Counted from the stretch's first letter, positions 36,244 to 50,679 are shown. The stretch is DNA of 64,000 bases from Eledone cirrhosa (GCA_964016885.1 OZ024743.1:43338001-43402000); one strand, 5' to 3'. The notes: generated by a model not told the origin, from the letters alone. Program-made: numbers and translations.

Positions 36244-38268
36244 TTATCCGTTAGGGTATAACGTGGGGCTGTAATACAGGAAAGTTTTGTGCAATTTATG
36301 TTTACAAGCCGAAATTGCCTCAGATTTTTTGTTTAAGATGTGGTCTTTGGCGTAGAGTATTTCCAGGGCCTCAGCGGCGCAGAGGTCACATGGTCTTTTA
36401 TTTCCGCTATACGATCTAGCCCTAGCTATGATCTCCCAGTGTAACTTATATTGGGTGTGGTTGTCTTTTAGACTCCAGATATAAGCTGAAAGTGACGTCA
36501 CATTCCTTCTTAGAGGGTAACGAAAAGAATGGGTATGCATGTAAAGACGCTGCTTGAAACTATTGGCGGTTAACCCTATGTAGTCCCTACGGGACGTGGG
36601 TGTTACAACCTTACAATTGTAGACAATGTTACTAGAGAGGCATTTCCCGGATAGGCAATCAGCCTGATTCCTACAATTACAGTTAGTACTAACTACAGGG
36701 TTGCACGTGTTCCTACGGCTAGGTAGTTTAGCTAAATTTGAAGCTGTGATGTTATGTGCAAGGTTAGGAGTCGTAGAGTAAGGAATTGTAATAGTATTTC
36801 TATTAAAAATGTTACTATATTTATGTGTAGGGGGAAAATGCTTCGAAATAAGGGAAAGAAAGATCTTAGCTAATGGTGTGGCCACCTCCATATTATATGG
36901 TGGGTTAAACCAACAAATGCGACGGGATCTATTTCTTATAGGTCTATTTTCGTACTCTGTATATGCTACCTTATCGACAAATCCACTTCGAGCAACAGCT
37001 TCATTGTAATAAGTGGAATGGTTGTTGAAAATGCGCTCGTTGGTGGAAAGACGGGAAAGCCTCAACGAAACGTTTCTTACCAGGTTCCTGGTTATGCTGG
37101 CAGGATGGTTGGAATGCTTACTTATGTAATTAAGCGTATCATTCGGCTTTCTATACGGGTAATACAACCCATTCAATAAATTGAGGGTAACGTCGAGGTA
37201 ATTAACGACCGAGAGATTGGCCTCAACCTGTATAGAGAGGTTGAAGCCTTTAAAGAAGGCTGTGAGTTCTTTTCTGAACCTGTCGCAAGCACGAGGTCCG
37301 CACTTAGTCATGGTCAAATGACCATCGTCACGGTACAAACCACTGCCCGCGTTGGGGAATTCGTCCTTGATAGAGAAAAGAAGGAAAAGCCCAATAAGAT
37401 CAGTAACCTCCGCAGAGTCACTGGCGCCCATACTCTCGTCGAATGGGGTACTATTGGATTTTTTAATCCAAATAGAGTCGTCGAAATTAATCACCGACTT
37501 TCGGGCATTAAGGATGACATCAACTTCAAAATCCTTAACCACTGTGAGTGTTTTAGCGAAATTGATAGCTCTAAGGAGAAGTGGTAAAGTGATGGAGGAG
37601 TAGTAATTGTTGATGTCGAATTGGATAAAACGGCAATGTTCCTTGTTACATATGCCGTTGAACCAATCAATCACCGCGAAAGAATTGTTCCACAGTGCGA
37701 GAGGGGCCAAACTTCTAATTTCAGGTATAATTCTATCAAGAATCGTTTTACTAAGTCTACCTAAATCGGACTTCGTAGGGTTAATAAGCTGAATAGAGGG
37801 GTTGTTCGGAAAATTGGATTTGTGATCCTTCAGGGTAAAGTGGGGAGAGATAGGGTCCAGAGGTTCGGTCCGGTCCAGGATGTTGAGATCAGATGTGATT
37901 TTAAACCCAGCATCGTTGATTTCATTGATGACGCACCGATTAGTTTTACGGTAATCCTTAGTTACAGCATTATGTAGTAGTTGATGGTAAGTACTGCGCT
38001 CCACTTGATATAGGTTGCCAGTTTTGTCGGAATGGACGTGCACGGCGTTAGAATCCTTAATAGAACGAATTCTATTCTTCAAGTCTTGCTGGAAGGAATT
38101 GCTCCTATTCCGAAATTTGATATTCCGAATGAGTTCCAAGACATAATTTTCGAAGGGTAGCAATGCTGGGTTCCACGGAGGGTTATTATAGGTTTTAAAT
38201 CCAAATTTATCCTGTTTGTTGTCTGCTTTTCGCGGATTATCGAAATAAAAGGCACGCCAACGCAACCT
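36244..38268 (-). CDS. Family B PLE RT + GIY-YIG ORF (open, lacks roughly the first 35 aa)
   Basis: [59 protein letters not shown]; collinear with family A. Confidence 0.88.
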   Translation of the reverse strand, partial: RLRWRAFYFDNPRKADNKQDKFGFKTYNNPPWNPALLPFENYVLELIRNIKFRNRSNSFQQDLKNRIRSIKDSNAVHVHSDKTGNLYQVERSTYHQLLHNAVTKDYRKTNRCVINEINDAGFKITSDLNILDRTEPLDPISPHFTLKDHKSNFPNNPSIQLINPTKSDLGRLSKTILDRIIPEIRSLAPLALWNNSFAVIDWFNGICNKEHCRFIQFDINNYYSSITLPLLLRAINFAKTLTVVKDFEVDVILNARKSVINFDDSIWIKKSNSTPFDESMGASDSAEVTDLIGLFLLFSIKDEFPNAGSGLYRDDGHLTMTKCGPRACDRFRKELTAFFKGFNLSIQVEANLSVVNYLDVTLNLLNGLYYPYRKPNDTLNYISKHSNHPASITRNLVRNVSLRLSRLSTNERIFNNHSTYYNEAVARSGFVDKVAYTEYENRPIRNRSRRICWFNPPYNMEVATPLAKIFLSLISKHFPPTHKYSNIFNRNTITIPYSTTPNLAHNITASNLAKLPSRRNTCNPVVSTNCNCRNQADCLSGKCLSSNIVYNCKVVTPTSRRDYIGLTANSFKQRLYMHTHSFRYPLRRNVTSLSAYIWSLKDNHTQYKLHWEIIARARSYSGNKRPCDLCAAEALEILYAKDHILNKKSEAISACKHKLHKTFLYYSPTLYPNG

Positions 38269-38309
38269 TCGAGCCCTCTTTGGATTTTAGTCTTGAATTT
38301 TATTATTAT

Positions 38310-38401
<92 letters not shown>

Positions 38402-38417
38402 CATATATATATGTATA

Positions 38418-38476
<59 letters not shown>

Positions 38477-38529
38477 GTATATATATATATACATATATAT
38501 ACATATATATATATATATGTATATATATA

Positions 38530-38997
<468 letters not shown>

Positions 38998-38998
38998 G

Positions 38999-39104
<106 letters not shown>

Positions 39105-39125
39105 TGTATATATATATAAGTATAT

Positions 39126-40200
39126 ATAGGAGAAAGTATGACCCCGACGGCAGAGCTCTGGACTAAAGTAAGAGTTTTTTGTCTGGTAAATAAATAGCTG
39201 AACTTTTCAAGGGGTACTTCCTTATATGGGAAGATTGTAGTTGTCAAGAGGATTGGTCAAAATTTGTAGCAGACACAGAAAAGTCTATCATGGCAGTGGG
39301 TGCGGGTGGGGATGGCTGAACTTGCCTCTAGAACGATACGGATGTGCGTAGAGCCGGTGAAGCGTTTAAATTGAAATCTACACGGCAAATTCTAAAAAAG
39401 TAGGCTAGTGGAGGTTGGCGAAAAAAGGTTTCTTTAGAAAGTGGAGGAGGGACGTTATAGAAATTCTAAATCAAATGTGATTAGTGGACAATGAAAAATA
39501 TAATAAAAGAGAATATAATAAAAAAAATGAGAGAAAGATGCATCAGAATGTAAGATTGGGAAGTGAGACGTGAAATAAAACAAAAACTAAGGAGTCTAAC
39601 ACAGCTGCTATATTTAGTGGGTGCTGCTTAATCGGCCAAAGCTAGAGAATGACTTGCTAGATGAGAATTATTGAAAATTTAGAATTAAAAATTGATACCA
39701 GAATTCTGGGGTCTACCACAGCTGCTATGAATAGTTAGTATAGCGTAATCGGCGAATGCTATCTGTAAGTTACAGGGGTGGCGGTAATGAGGCTAACAGG
39801 CCCGATGGGCTGCCTCGGGGTAGGCGAAAGGGGGAAAAAAACAAAGAAACGAACGAGGAAGAAATTTGATGGTAGAAAGAAGTGATAGGAGGAGACAAAG
39901 GGAACGAGAAAACTTAAAGGAAAAAGAAAGAGGTACATATACCTACATAAGTAGGGATTTTCCCAATCTTATTCGGCAAGTGGGGTGTTTCAGCCCTAGT
40001 CTACCCACTGGGATTGTTAGGGGTTTGGCGGCGAGGTAAGTCTTCCCCAATCTGTGTTTGCATGCGGTTACCAGTCCAGAAACGGCTTGAGCTCTGCCGT
40101 CGGGTTCATACTTTCTCCTATTACCCATTCTTCTACCCTAAGTATTGAGTACTCTGGTGCGTTATGGTCCATCTGGTCCCTTACCACAAATCATTAGTTA
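39126..40200 (-). mobile_element. Subfamily A2 PLE: ORF end, 3' UTR and inverted tail
   Basis: LVTACKHRLGKTYLAAKP; partly deleted HHR with core TTGAAAA; inverted arm 40073-40200 homologous to family A tail. Confidence 0.85.
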
Positions 40201-40221
40201 TGTATATATATATATATATAT

Positions 40222-40671
40222 GCAAAAGTTTTATTTAAAATTGTTGGGTTACAACGAGTAAATATTTTATAACTGATATAAAGCACTCAACAAGTTTTGG
40301 AGTAGATATACGATATTAAACAAATGGAAACTATATTTATAAAACCATATTTATTTCATTATACATATTTCAGGGATACCATATTAAAAATATGGCATGC
40401 CTTCTTCAGATAAAATACAATATATAAGCAGTTTTATAAATAAATTTGACGTACCATAAACTATTGATCAACTTCCATTTAAAAAACCAAACCAACTTTT
40501 TTAAATGGAAGTTGATCAATATTTTATGGTACGTCAAATTTATTTATAAAACTGCTTATATATTGTATTTTATCTGAAGAAGGCATGCCATATTTTTAAT
40601 ATGTTATCCCTGAAATATATATAATGAAATAAATATGGTTTTATAAATATAGTTTCCATTTGTTTAATATC

Positions 40672-40675
<4 letters not shown>
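40222..40675. mobile_element. Fold-back PLE terminus pair with HHR motifs (40359-40413 minus, 40570-40624 plus)
   Basis: About 180-bp inverted arms around ccaaaccaac; CTGAAGA-agg..ccatatt ttt aatatg..cct-GAAA; left arm about 85 nt longer. Confidence 0.75.
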
Positions 40676-40714
<39 letters not shown>

Positions 40715-40755
40715 CGAAACATAAGTCAATTGCATGAACTCATAATCCTTTATTT

Positions 40756-40811
40756 ACTGCTACATTTATTTCGATGATAGCCATTGAATGGCTATGATCT
40801 CATCAGGCAGT
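40756..40811 (-). ncRNA. Type I hammerhead ribozyme in a ~190-bp element (40691-40880)
   Basis: ACTGC-CTGATGA-gatcatagccatt c aatggctatcatc-GAA-ataaatgt-A-GCAGT then aataaa. Confidence 0.8.
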
Positions 40812-40876
40812 TAGTCAGTTCTTAGATATGCCCGTTCTGTGTGTATGGTGTTGGTGGTAGCAGAGCCTTGGGACAT

Positions 40877-40931
<55 letters not shown>

Positions 40932-40935
<4 letters not shown>

Positions 40936-41980
40936 AAAAATTGAACAGGGACAGAACAGAGAGGCAGTACGACAAATGTTTATTAGATTCACGCTCAGGA
41001 GAGTGGGGGGTAGGTGGAGGACGACGTTTCGGGCATAAGCCCTTCTTCAGGTAAGAGTTCAAAAGGTGTGTAGGGGAGTGGTGGAGAGACATATAGCGAA
41101 AGGAAACGGTGCGAATGAAAAATTAACAAATAAAGACAAAAATATAATAAATAATAAATAAAAATAAAGCAGGATCAAAATACAAGGAATGAGAACATTT
41201 AAAAATAAAGGCATGATCAAAATAAACTGAAATTAAAAGGGGGGTAAACAGGTGGTGGAAGGGTGTGGGGTGAGTAGAGGTGGAGGCGGGTGGAGTGGGG
41301 AGAGGGAGACGGGGTGTCCGAGCGAGGAGGGCTGAAGGTGGTGTGTGTGGTTAGGTGTGCGTGTGTGTATGTGAAAGTGAGGGTTGGGGGAAGAACGGGG
41401 TTGCATGTTCAGGAAGGTGTGTGTGGGGGGTGTGTTTGTGTGTCGGAGGGTATGTGCGTGTGTGGATAGGGGGTGGGGGGAGAGGGATCAGGGGGCTGAG
41501 GGTGTAAATATGTGGTGGGAAGCACGTGTGTGTGGTTTAAGCGTGTTGTGGGTGTGGGTGGCGTGTGGATAAAAAAATTTGTTTTGGGATGTGTGTGTGG
41601 GTGAGTTATATAGGTGATGGTGTTAGAGGATGGTTGAAAAGTGGTAAGTTACACGGATGTATGGAGATTTTGGTTGGAAGTCAAAACGCGTGTGGGTAAT
41701 CCAAGAAGCGGTGGTCGGAAGAGGAGAGATGTGGGGTGCGCGCGCAACAGGAAGTGGTCAGCAGTGGGAGTGCTGTGGTCAGTGGGTGCTGAGACAGTGG
41801 TCGGAAGGGCATAGCAGCAGTCAGCGGAATGGTAGGGAGGCGAGGATGGGTAGGTGTGAGAGTTGGAGTGAGGAGGGTGTGTGTGTGTGTGTGTGTGTGT
41901 GGGATGAGTGAGTGTGGAGTGGGGAGAGAAGGGTGTGTGTGGTTCTATGGAGGGAGTGTGGTGTACTGGTGTGTGTATAT
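40932..41980 (-). mobile_element. Non-coding CA-rich PLE 3' region with minimal HHR (41021-41052)
   Basis: ac-CTGAAGA-aGGGC ttat GCCC-GAA-ACGT-C-gt; (TA)n flanks. Confidence 0.7.
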
Positions 41981-42029
41981 GCATATATATGCACATATAT
42001 TTATATGCATATATATATATATATATATG

Positions 42030-42197
42030 AATAAATACAATATTGGAGAAAGCTTTTTAGCGATACTCCGGCCAAATTCCAACTCACTCAACAAACATTA
42101 GGAAATACGTGATTATATTCCAAATTATGCGCTCGGGGTGGTAACTGAAAGTATTGCGTGGAAAATTGGCTGTATTATTTCATATGAGACATATCTA

Positions 42198-42200
<3 letters not shown>
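42030..42200 (+). repeat. ~170-bp dispersed repeat embedded in (TA)n
   Basis: Near-identical copy at 58645-58815 and diverged copy at 50480-50650. Confidence 0.8.
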
Positions 42201-42229
<29 letters not shown>

Positions 42230-42244
42230 ATCTATATATATACG

Positions 42245-42324
<80 letters not shown>

Positions 42325-42331
<7 letters not shown>

Positions 42332-42520
42332 TAAAATAAAAGATTAAAGTTTAAGCGAAGAATCGCTGCTTCCACCCTTAACGGGATCTTCTGAAACATG
42401 ATTTTGGTATTCTGCGATAAATATTCTGCGATAAATATTTGCTCTACGGTTCTTATATATTTGATATCTATTTATGCTTAATGAGCCCTCTTTGGATTTT
42501 AGTCTTCAAATTTATTATTA
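42325..42520. mobile_element. Family B mini-insertion: HHR arm (minus) plus inverted tail (plus)
   Basis: 42325-42397 matches 32815-32888; 42430-42520 continues the tail in the opposite orientation. Confidence 0.8.
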
Positions 42521-42545
42521 TATATATATATATATACATATATAC

Positions 42546-42680
<135 letters not shown>

Positions 42681-42756
42681 TAATTCTTTTTTATTCCTAA
42701 TTAAACCATTTTTCAACTGTGAACAATTTGTCAGCATTTTCTACTCCGTTTACCAA

Positions 42757-42789
<33 letters not shown>

Positions 42790-42792
<3 letters not shown>

Positions 42793-44630
42793 ACGAAGGA
42801 AATGTGGTAAGGAACCAGGTGGACCATAACGCACCAAAGTACTCAATACTTGAGGTAGTAGAGTGGTAATAGGAACCAGTAAGACCCCGACAGCTGAGCT
42901 CAAGCCGTTTCGACGGCTAATTCTGGAATAAATAGCAGTGGAGAACCGACCAGGAGGTGTAACTGCCCGGATAGATCTATTTGCCCACTCGACAATAGAT
43001 GCAGAGACCGTAATGTGATCTACCAGTGCAACGTGAGGACGGATACCTCCAACAAAGCTTATATAGGACTTACCGCATGTGACTTCAAGACCCGGCTATA
43101 CCAACATAGACATACCTTCCGAAACCCGGCCCGGCGTCACGCCACTACCCGTTCGGGCCACTTATGGGACCTCAAGGACAACAACATCACCTATGATCTC
43201 ACTTGGAGATTACTGTCCAGAGCCAATTCTTACACGGGAGGACGCCGTCCGTGCAATTTATGCTCGGAGGAAACTTTACAAATGCTGTTTTCGACGGACC
43301 AACTCCTAAACAAGAAAGATGAACTGGTTACTGCATGTAAACATAGATTGCGTAGGACTTACCTCGCCCTCAAACCCCATAATGACCCGGGGGGGGGGGG
43401 GGGGTAGACTAGGGCTATAACACCCCACTTGCCGATTTTGCAATGGGTAACCCCTGCTTGCCAAGGAAGACGTAAGATCTTCTTTGTATTCTTTTATCAC
43501 TACCTTTATTTCCTTCCCCCCTCTCTCCTTAGTCCTTCTACCCCAGCTCTTCTCCTTTGTCGGCGTCTTTTCTCGCCCACCCGAGGCTGCCCTTTGGCCC
43601 CATGTAGCCTTAGTACCCCCACCACCCCCTCCCCTAGTCTATGATAGATTTGGCGGACTCCGCCCTTTATAGCAGTTGGCTTAGACCCCGGATACTTGCC
43701 CCCTTTTTCCGACCGCTCCCACTATTCTCTGTGCCCTCTATATTACTTAGTGGCACTTATGCCTTATTTTTTCGTTTCAGTATTTCTTGCTTCGCTTTTC
43801 TTCTGGGCGGGGTGGATTCTGAATTTATTTCTCCGTATTCTACCTTTATTTCGTACGAACTTTCATGTAGCTTGTTTTAGATCTTTTAGAGTTAGCATTA
43901 GTATATATTTTTCTCGGGACTCAGAATTATTATCTCGTACAAGTTCACTTTGCTGCACTGGGTCGTTGCTGGCCCGGGATGGAAACCTTTATTGTTTATT
44001 TCGTGGTAGTCTCTTTAGTATTTTGGCCCCTTTTGTTGACCCGTCACCGTATCATTTACGTACTTATACCTCTTAAAAGGGTTCTTGCCTAATTCGTCCC
44101 ACCTAGTTCTTTTACTTATTTCGATATTTCTTTATTTATTTTTTTCTTTACTTCTTTCTTTCTTTCTTTATTTTATTCTAGCCTAACAATAGCCTGAGAC
44201 CTAGGTCGTAGAATTTAATTTACTTTACTTTTTTCTTTACACTTATTTGCTTTTCTTCACTCTCAGTATTTTTTCTTTCCTATATATTTCTACCCCCCAT
44301 TGTTCTACCTACCGTTCCGACTTCCTCCCCCTCCCCATCCCCTGTATCTTCTTTGACCTCATGCCCAGCTGTAGCTGGCACTACCAACGCTTGATTGGGT
44401 CTACTCCACCCCCTCCCCTCTTTCTCCTACTGGCAGGTTTAGCCACCATCTCCCCTAGTAATTTGCAACCACAGAATTACTACTGATTTTTGACAATCAC
44501 TTTGACCATATATGGAATTACCCCTTGAGAAGATCGGCTATTTAAATACCAGGATAAATTTTCATTTAGTCCAGAATTCGCCGTCGAAACGGCTTGAGCT
44601 CAGCTGTCGGGGTCTTACTGGTTCCTATTA
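42790..44630 (+). mobile_element. 5'-truncated family A copy with inverted 5' tail (42790-42927)
   Basis: GIY-YIG fragment, full 3' UTR, HHR 44520-44613, ends ttactggttcctatta. Confidence 0.93.
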
Positions 44631-44631
44631 A

Positions 44632-44711
<80 letters not shown>

Positions 44712-44727
44712 GTGTATATATATATAT

Positions 44728-46904
44728 GTTAAGCTACATTTCGACTTTGTTTCGAATATCTAAATAGATAGGAAAGTCAATTTTGAAAAGTGAAACAAAA
44801 GTTTCATTGTCTTTTTAATTGTTTTAAAGAAATAATTTTATGTAAAGACCAAACATTTATTTGTATAGTTTCGAATTATTACTATGTCAAGCTTGCGACC
44901 GTGGCAAATAAATAAGTATAGCGGCTGCGTCAAGTCGGAAAGTAGTGGTGGTGTCGGGGACTGAAAGCAGCACACAACAGCGACCACAGCGCAACAAAAG
45001 CAAGATGGCTTTGGACTTGTTTCACATAATCTTTCTTTTCCATTATTTTCAACACTATTAAACCCATGTAGCGGAAGTAGAGAGCCACAGTCAAGCTTTT
45101 ATTCAAACGGACAAACATCTTACATGTATAGTTGGAGACTTACACGGGATACCATTAGAAATAAAACCAGGTGAAAGTTATTCAGAATTAACCTTTCATG
45201 AAGAAAATATTTTACCAAATGGGGTTCGACTTCATCCAGCAATGGCAGATTTTGGTGAACACCTTATGGGTATGACTCTTCTACAACAGGTCTCTCTGTA
45301 CATAATGCTGATACAAAAACAGTTTACACCTGTTGTACATATCGGGCAGTACAGCACATTTTCACTGTTTACTTTTTCAAGATAAAATGGTTCCTCCTGG
45401 AGGGAACACAACATTCGATGTTGTATTTCTAGCACGTCAGGTTGGCCCAGTTGAAAATACATTATATATTCACACAACCAAGGGTCCTTTAAATATCAGG
45501 TGTTTGGAGTTTGAATTCCAAATCCTTATAGACTTCGACCTTACTTGGGTGCCAAATTCCCCTTGAACAGTAGCTTTTCTTCTTTAATTGACATGCATAA
45601 TCCACACAGTATAACTCTTCAGCTTGTGGAAATGTTTTCAAGTGCAGGGGATCTGCACTTAGAACTCCCAACAGGAGACAGAAAGCCTATAACAACATTG
45701 TGGGAAATTCCACCGTATGAAACAAAACCTGTATGCGGGAAGAGTAGAAACCAACCATACAGCCTTTATACGTATCAAAACAAATCATGAGCATATTCAA
45801 GGTGTATTAATACTTCCTGCCGAAGTGAAGGTTACCTCAGTTCCTGGTATATATCCTCCAGTAGAGATGATCGATTTTGGTATTCTGCGAAATTTAGATG
45901 AACCTCAAACTGTACAGTTGTATCTGGTATACACGGGCTCGAGACCTGTTCATGTTACAGGCGTTTCTTTATCACCTCCAAATGATGCTATCTCTGTAGA
46001 ATTCCGACCTATGAAACTACAGCCAGATGTATTACGTCCTGTAGCAGTAGCCCAGATTACATTTAGAGCCACTAAAGCTTTAAATCCTAGACAGTAGTTT
46101 GGGAAAATTGTTGTAAAACCCAAACACAATTTGAATAAATATTCTATCCCATACATGTAAATGTACTTCATGGGTCATTAGTCTACAATGCAAACAACAC
46201 TCACTTTTACAGTGGCTCATTTATGAGTAAACATACCAGATCGCTGGCCTTTACTAATAATTTTAACTTGTCTATAGTCATATATAATGTTAGCCTTCCA
46301 CAAGGTGTACACAAATATTTTTCAATCAGAAATTTCTCTAAGCCTGTGATAATTCGTCCCCAGGAAACTCTAGTACCATTTTTGTTGCATTTCCATCCAA
46401 ACACCACATCACTTCATTTCACCTCTCAAATCATCATTCAGACAAATGCATCTAGCTTCAGTATTCCCATCATCGTATGCAGTGGTCTTCTTAAGATCAT
46501 ACATCATCGACCAGAACAGTCCAAATGTCAACTTGATTTTGGCACAGCAAGTGTTGGCGAACACCGCAGTATAACATTTACTATGCAGAATAATAATCCA
46601 ATAAATATTGTAATATTGTAATCGCAGAGTTTAGTAGCATTATGAACCAGAGCAGTTTACATTTGGCATAGAAAAAGGCAATGGCACAACACTTGCTACA
46701 TTTCACAACATTTCCGATATTGATACAGATCGATTAATATTAAAACGTTACCACATTGCTATGTTCATTGTGAATGTCACTGCTGCTTATATGAAGGCAT
46801 GTTCTCTGGACAAGTCCTTATTGTTACTCAGCTTCAGACCCTATTTATACCAGTATCACTTAGAACTGCAAAAGGAAGTTTAAATGCTATTCCAGAAAAA
46901 CAAA
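44728..46904 (+). pseudogene. TMEM131: Processed pseudogene of transmembrane protein 131 (5' part of mRNA)
   Basis: Intronless 2.2 kb with QAFIQT, VPPGGNTTFDVVFLARQVGPVENTLYIHT, NPYRLRP, NSSFSSLIDMHNPHS, SSAGDLHLELPTG, LWEIPPYETK, IDFGILR, LDFG; many stops and frameshifts. Confidence 0.88.
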
Positions 46905-46951
46905 TATATATATAGAGATTGATAGATATATCGATAGATACATAGATAGAC

Positions 46952-46988
<37 letters not shown>

Positions 46989-47202
46989 TACATATGTATA
47001 TTTATATATATATTGTTAAAATTGGCTTGTCTAACGAACGAATGCGGACGTTTCTTGTATTCGTCTTATTCGGGAAACCTCTGGTAATGAGGTAATTATA
47101 TTGTATTGTTTACTATACATTAAATATTAAGCTATGTAACTTACATAGAGCACTCTTCATTCCTCTGAATTTTTCAACGGAAACTTCAATACTTATATAT
47201 AT

Positions 47203-49243
47203 TTGTCAGCTAATGAGCGGATATTCGATGAACATGCGCCTTATTACAACCAGGCCCTTAAGCGGAGTGGTTTCCGGGAGGAAATATCCTACTGTCCAGC
47301 TCCCATTAGCGGAACCAGCAGGAGACACCGCCGCTCACGCAATGTAACATGGTTCAATCCTCCCCACAACGCAGAGGTGACTACTCCCATCGGGAAACTA
47401 TTCTTTAGGCTCATTGAAAAACACTTCCCATTACAACACCGCTACCACAACATAATTAACAAAAATACCATCAAACTCTCTTACAGCACTACACCAAACT
47501 TCGCACAAAACATCGTCTCCTCTAACAACAAAAAACTCAACCCCGATGGCAGAAATAACCTAAATAGCGGTGGAGAACCGACCAGGAGGTGTAACTGCCC
47601 GGATAGATCTATTTGCCCACTCGACAATAGATGCAGAGACCGTAATGTGATCTACCAGTGCAACGTGAGGACGGATACCTCCAACAAAGCCTATATAGGA
47701 CTTACCGCATGTGACTTCAAGACCCGGCTATACCAACATAGACATACCTTCCGAAACCCGGCCCGGCGTCACGCCACTACACTTTCGGGCCACATATGGG
47801 ACCTCAAGGACAACAACATCACCTATGATCTCACTTGGAGATTACTGTCCAGAGCCAATTCTTACACGGGAGGACGCCGTCCGTGCAATCTATGCTCGGA
47901 GGAAACTTTACAAATGCTGTTTTCGACGGACCAACTCCTAAACAAGAAAGATGAACTGGTTACTGCATGTAAACATAGATTGCGTAGGACTTACCTCGCC
48001 CTCAAACCCCATAATGACCCGGGGGGGTAGACTAGGGCTATAACACCCCAGTTGCCGATTTTGCAATGGGTAACCCCTGCTTGCCAAGGAAGACGTAAGA
48101 TCTTCTTTGTATTCTTTTATCACTTCCTTTATTTCCTTCCCCCCCTCTCTCCTTTGTCCTTCTACCCCAGCTCTTCTCCTTTGTCGGCGTCTTTTCTCGC
48201 CCACCCGAGGCTGCTCTTTGGCCCCATGTAGCCTTAGTACCCCCACCCCCCCCCTCCCCTAGTCTATGATAGATTTGGCGGACTCCGCCCTTTATAGCAG
48301 TTGGCTTAGACCCCGGATACTTGCCCCCTTTTTCCGACCGCTCCCACTATTCTCTGTGCCCTCTATATTTCTTAGTGGCACTTATGCCTTATTTTTTCGT
48401 TTCAGTATTTCTTGCTTCGCTTTTCTTCTGGGCGGGGTGGATTCTGAATGTATTTCTCCGTATTCTACCTTTATTTCGTACGAACTTTCATGTAGCTTGT
48501 TTTAGATCTTTTAGAGTTAGCATTAGTATATATTTTTCTCGGGACTCAGAATTATTATCTCGTACAAGTTCACTTTGCTGCACTGGGTCGTTGCTGGCCC
48601 GGGATGGAAACCTTTATTGTTTATTTCGTGGTAGTCTCTTTAGTATTTTGGCCCCTTTTGTTGACCCGTCACCGTATCATTTACGTACTTATACCTCTTA
48701 AAAGGGTCCTTGCCTAATTCGTCCCACCTAGTTCTTTTACTTATTTCGTTATTTCTTTATTTATTTATTTCTTTACTTCTTTCTTTCTTTATTTTATTCT
48801 AGCCTAACAATAGCCTGAGACCTAGGTCGTAGAATTTAATTTACTTTACTTTTTTCTTTACACTTATTTGCTTTTCTTCACTTCAGTATTTTTTCTTTCC
48901 TATATATTTCTACCCCCCATTGTTCTACCTACCGTTCCGACTTCCTCCCCCTCCCCCTCCCCTGTATCTTCTTTGATTTCATGCCCAGCTGTAGCTGGCA
49001 CTACCAACGCTTGATTGGGTCTACTCCACCCCCTCCCCTCTTTCTCCAACTGGCAGGTTTAGCCACCATCTCCCCTACTAATTTGCAACCACAGAATTAC
49101 TACCGATTTTTGACAATCACTCTGACCATATATGGAATTACCCCTTAAGAAGATCGGCTATTTAAATACCAGGATAGATTTTCATTTAGTCCAGAATTAG
49201 CCGTCGAAACGGCTTGAGCTCAGCTGTCGGGGTCTTACTGGTT

Positions 49244-49248
<5 letters not shown>
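47203..49248 (+). mobile_element. 5'-truncated family A copy
   Basis: ORF fragment 47203-48030, 3' UTR, HHR 49140-49233 with G5>A (TTAAGAA), ends at +20 into (TA)n. Confidence 0.93.
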
Positions 49249-49282
<34 letters not shown>

Positions 49283-49527
49283 CGTTACAATTGTTTGATT
49301 TTCTTCATCGTTAATGAACGGAGAAAAATGTAAATACAATTTCAGGCAGACTGCTCAAGGTATTAATGCGGAATGGTTTTATTTTATTTCTAAAAATGAG
49401 TTTTCGCAAACGGGTTTTGGAAGTCTTTTTTTAGAAAAATAAATGTATATGATCATACATAACTTTAAACACAAATACATATATGTATCATTTTTACTAA
49501 GCGTATATGTATATATGTGTGTGTGTA

Positions 49528-49601
<74 letters not shown>

Positions 49602-49748
49602 TGTGTGTGTGTGTGTATGTGTGTATGTGTGTATGTGTGTGTGTGTGTGTATGTGTGTGTGTATGGGTATGAATTCATAATATATATATATACATATGCA
49701 CTCACGAATACAAAAACACAATACACACATACACACACACCACACACA

Positions 49749-49827
<79 letters not shown>

Positions 49828-50177
49828 ATACGTACACACCGAAACACACGACGCAGACAAAACTCTTTCACACACATATATGTGAATGTGAGTGTAAGTA
49901 TGTTAATAAGTATACATGCAATATACATATGCATATTTCCAATATATTCATTTGTAATGTCCTTTTGAAATGTCCTTAGGCGTACAATTCGTATTTTTAT
50001 AATGTGCCACTATGGCTGCTCGATGTACTCATATTCAACAACTAGAAAATGTTTCAATGTTGTGTGGATGAATATATTTTTTAAGCATTTTATATCTATA
50101 AAGACTACATATTTATGCATATAATTCTATATCTATTATATATACATACATACATACATACATAGATATATATATAT

Positions 50178-50355
50178 ATAGGAAAAAGTATAACCCAGAC
50201 GGCAGAGCTCAAGCCGTTTCGACGGCTATTAGCCGTCGAAATGGCTTGAGCTCTGCCGTCGAGGTCATACTTTTTCCTATTCCCACTCTACTACCCTAAG
50301 TATTGAGTAATCTGGTGCGTTATGGTCCATATGGTTCCTTACCACAATTTCTTTG

Positions 50356-50359
<4 letters not shown>
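50178..50359. mobile_element. A2-like head-to-head mini-insertion
   Basis: aggaaaaag...gccgtttcgacggcta-t-tagccgtcgaaatggc...atttctttgtta; arms end at the +20 and +100 equivalents. Confidence 0.85.
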
Positions 50360-50426
<67 letters not shown>

Positions 50427-50679
50427 CGTGTGTGTGTGTGTATATATATATACATATAAATATATATATATATATATATACAATACATTAACAGAGAAAG
50501 CTTTAAGCTATACTCTGACTGGCTTCCATCTCACTCAACACACATTAGGATATACCTTAGTATAATCCCAATTTTACGTTTGGGGTGCTAACTATATGTA
50601 TTTTGCGGAAAGCCAGTTGTATTATTTTATATGAGACATAATTAAAATATATCTATATATGCATATATATATATATATA

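Larger units (their letters stand above)
32815..38310 (-). mobile_element. Naiad-like PLE family B with internal 2434-bp tandem duplication and short inverted tail at 5' end
   Basis: Two identical ORF copies 2434 bp apart; 1-kb 3' UTR with HHR; 38270-38310 matches tail 42483-42520; (TA)n flanks. Confidence 0.92.

Noticed and set aside
45333-46621. Functional TMEM131 exons
   Set aside because: Contiguous homology broken by frameshifts and stops, with no introns between segments
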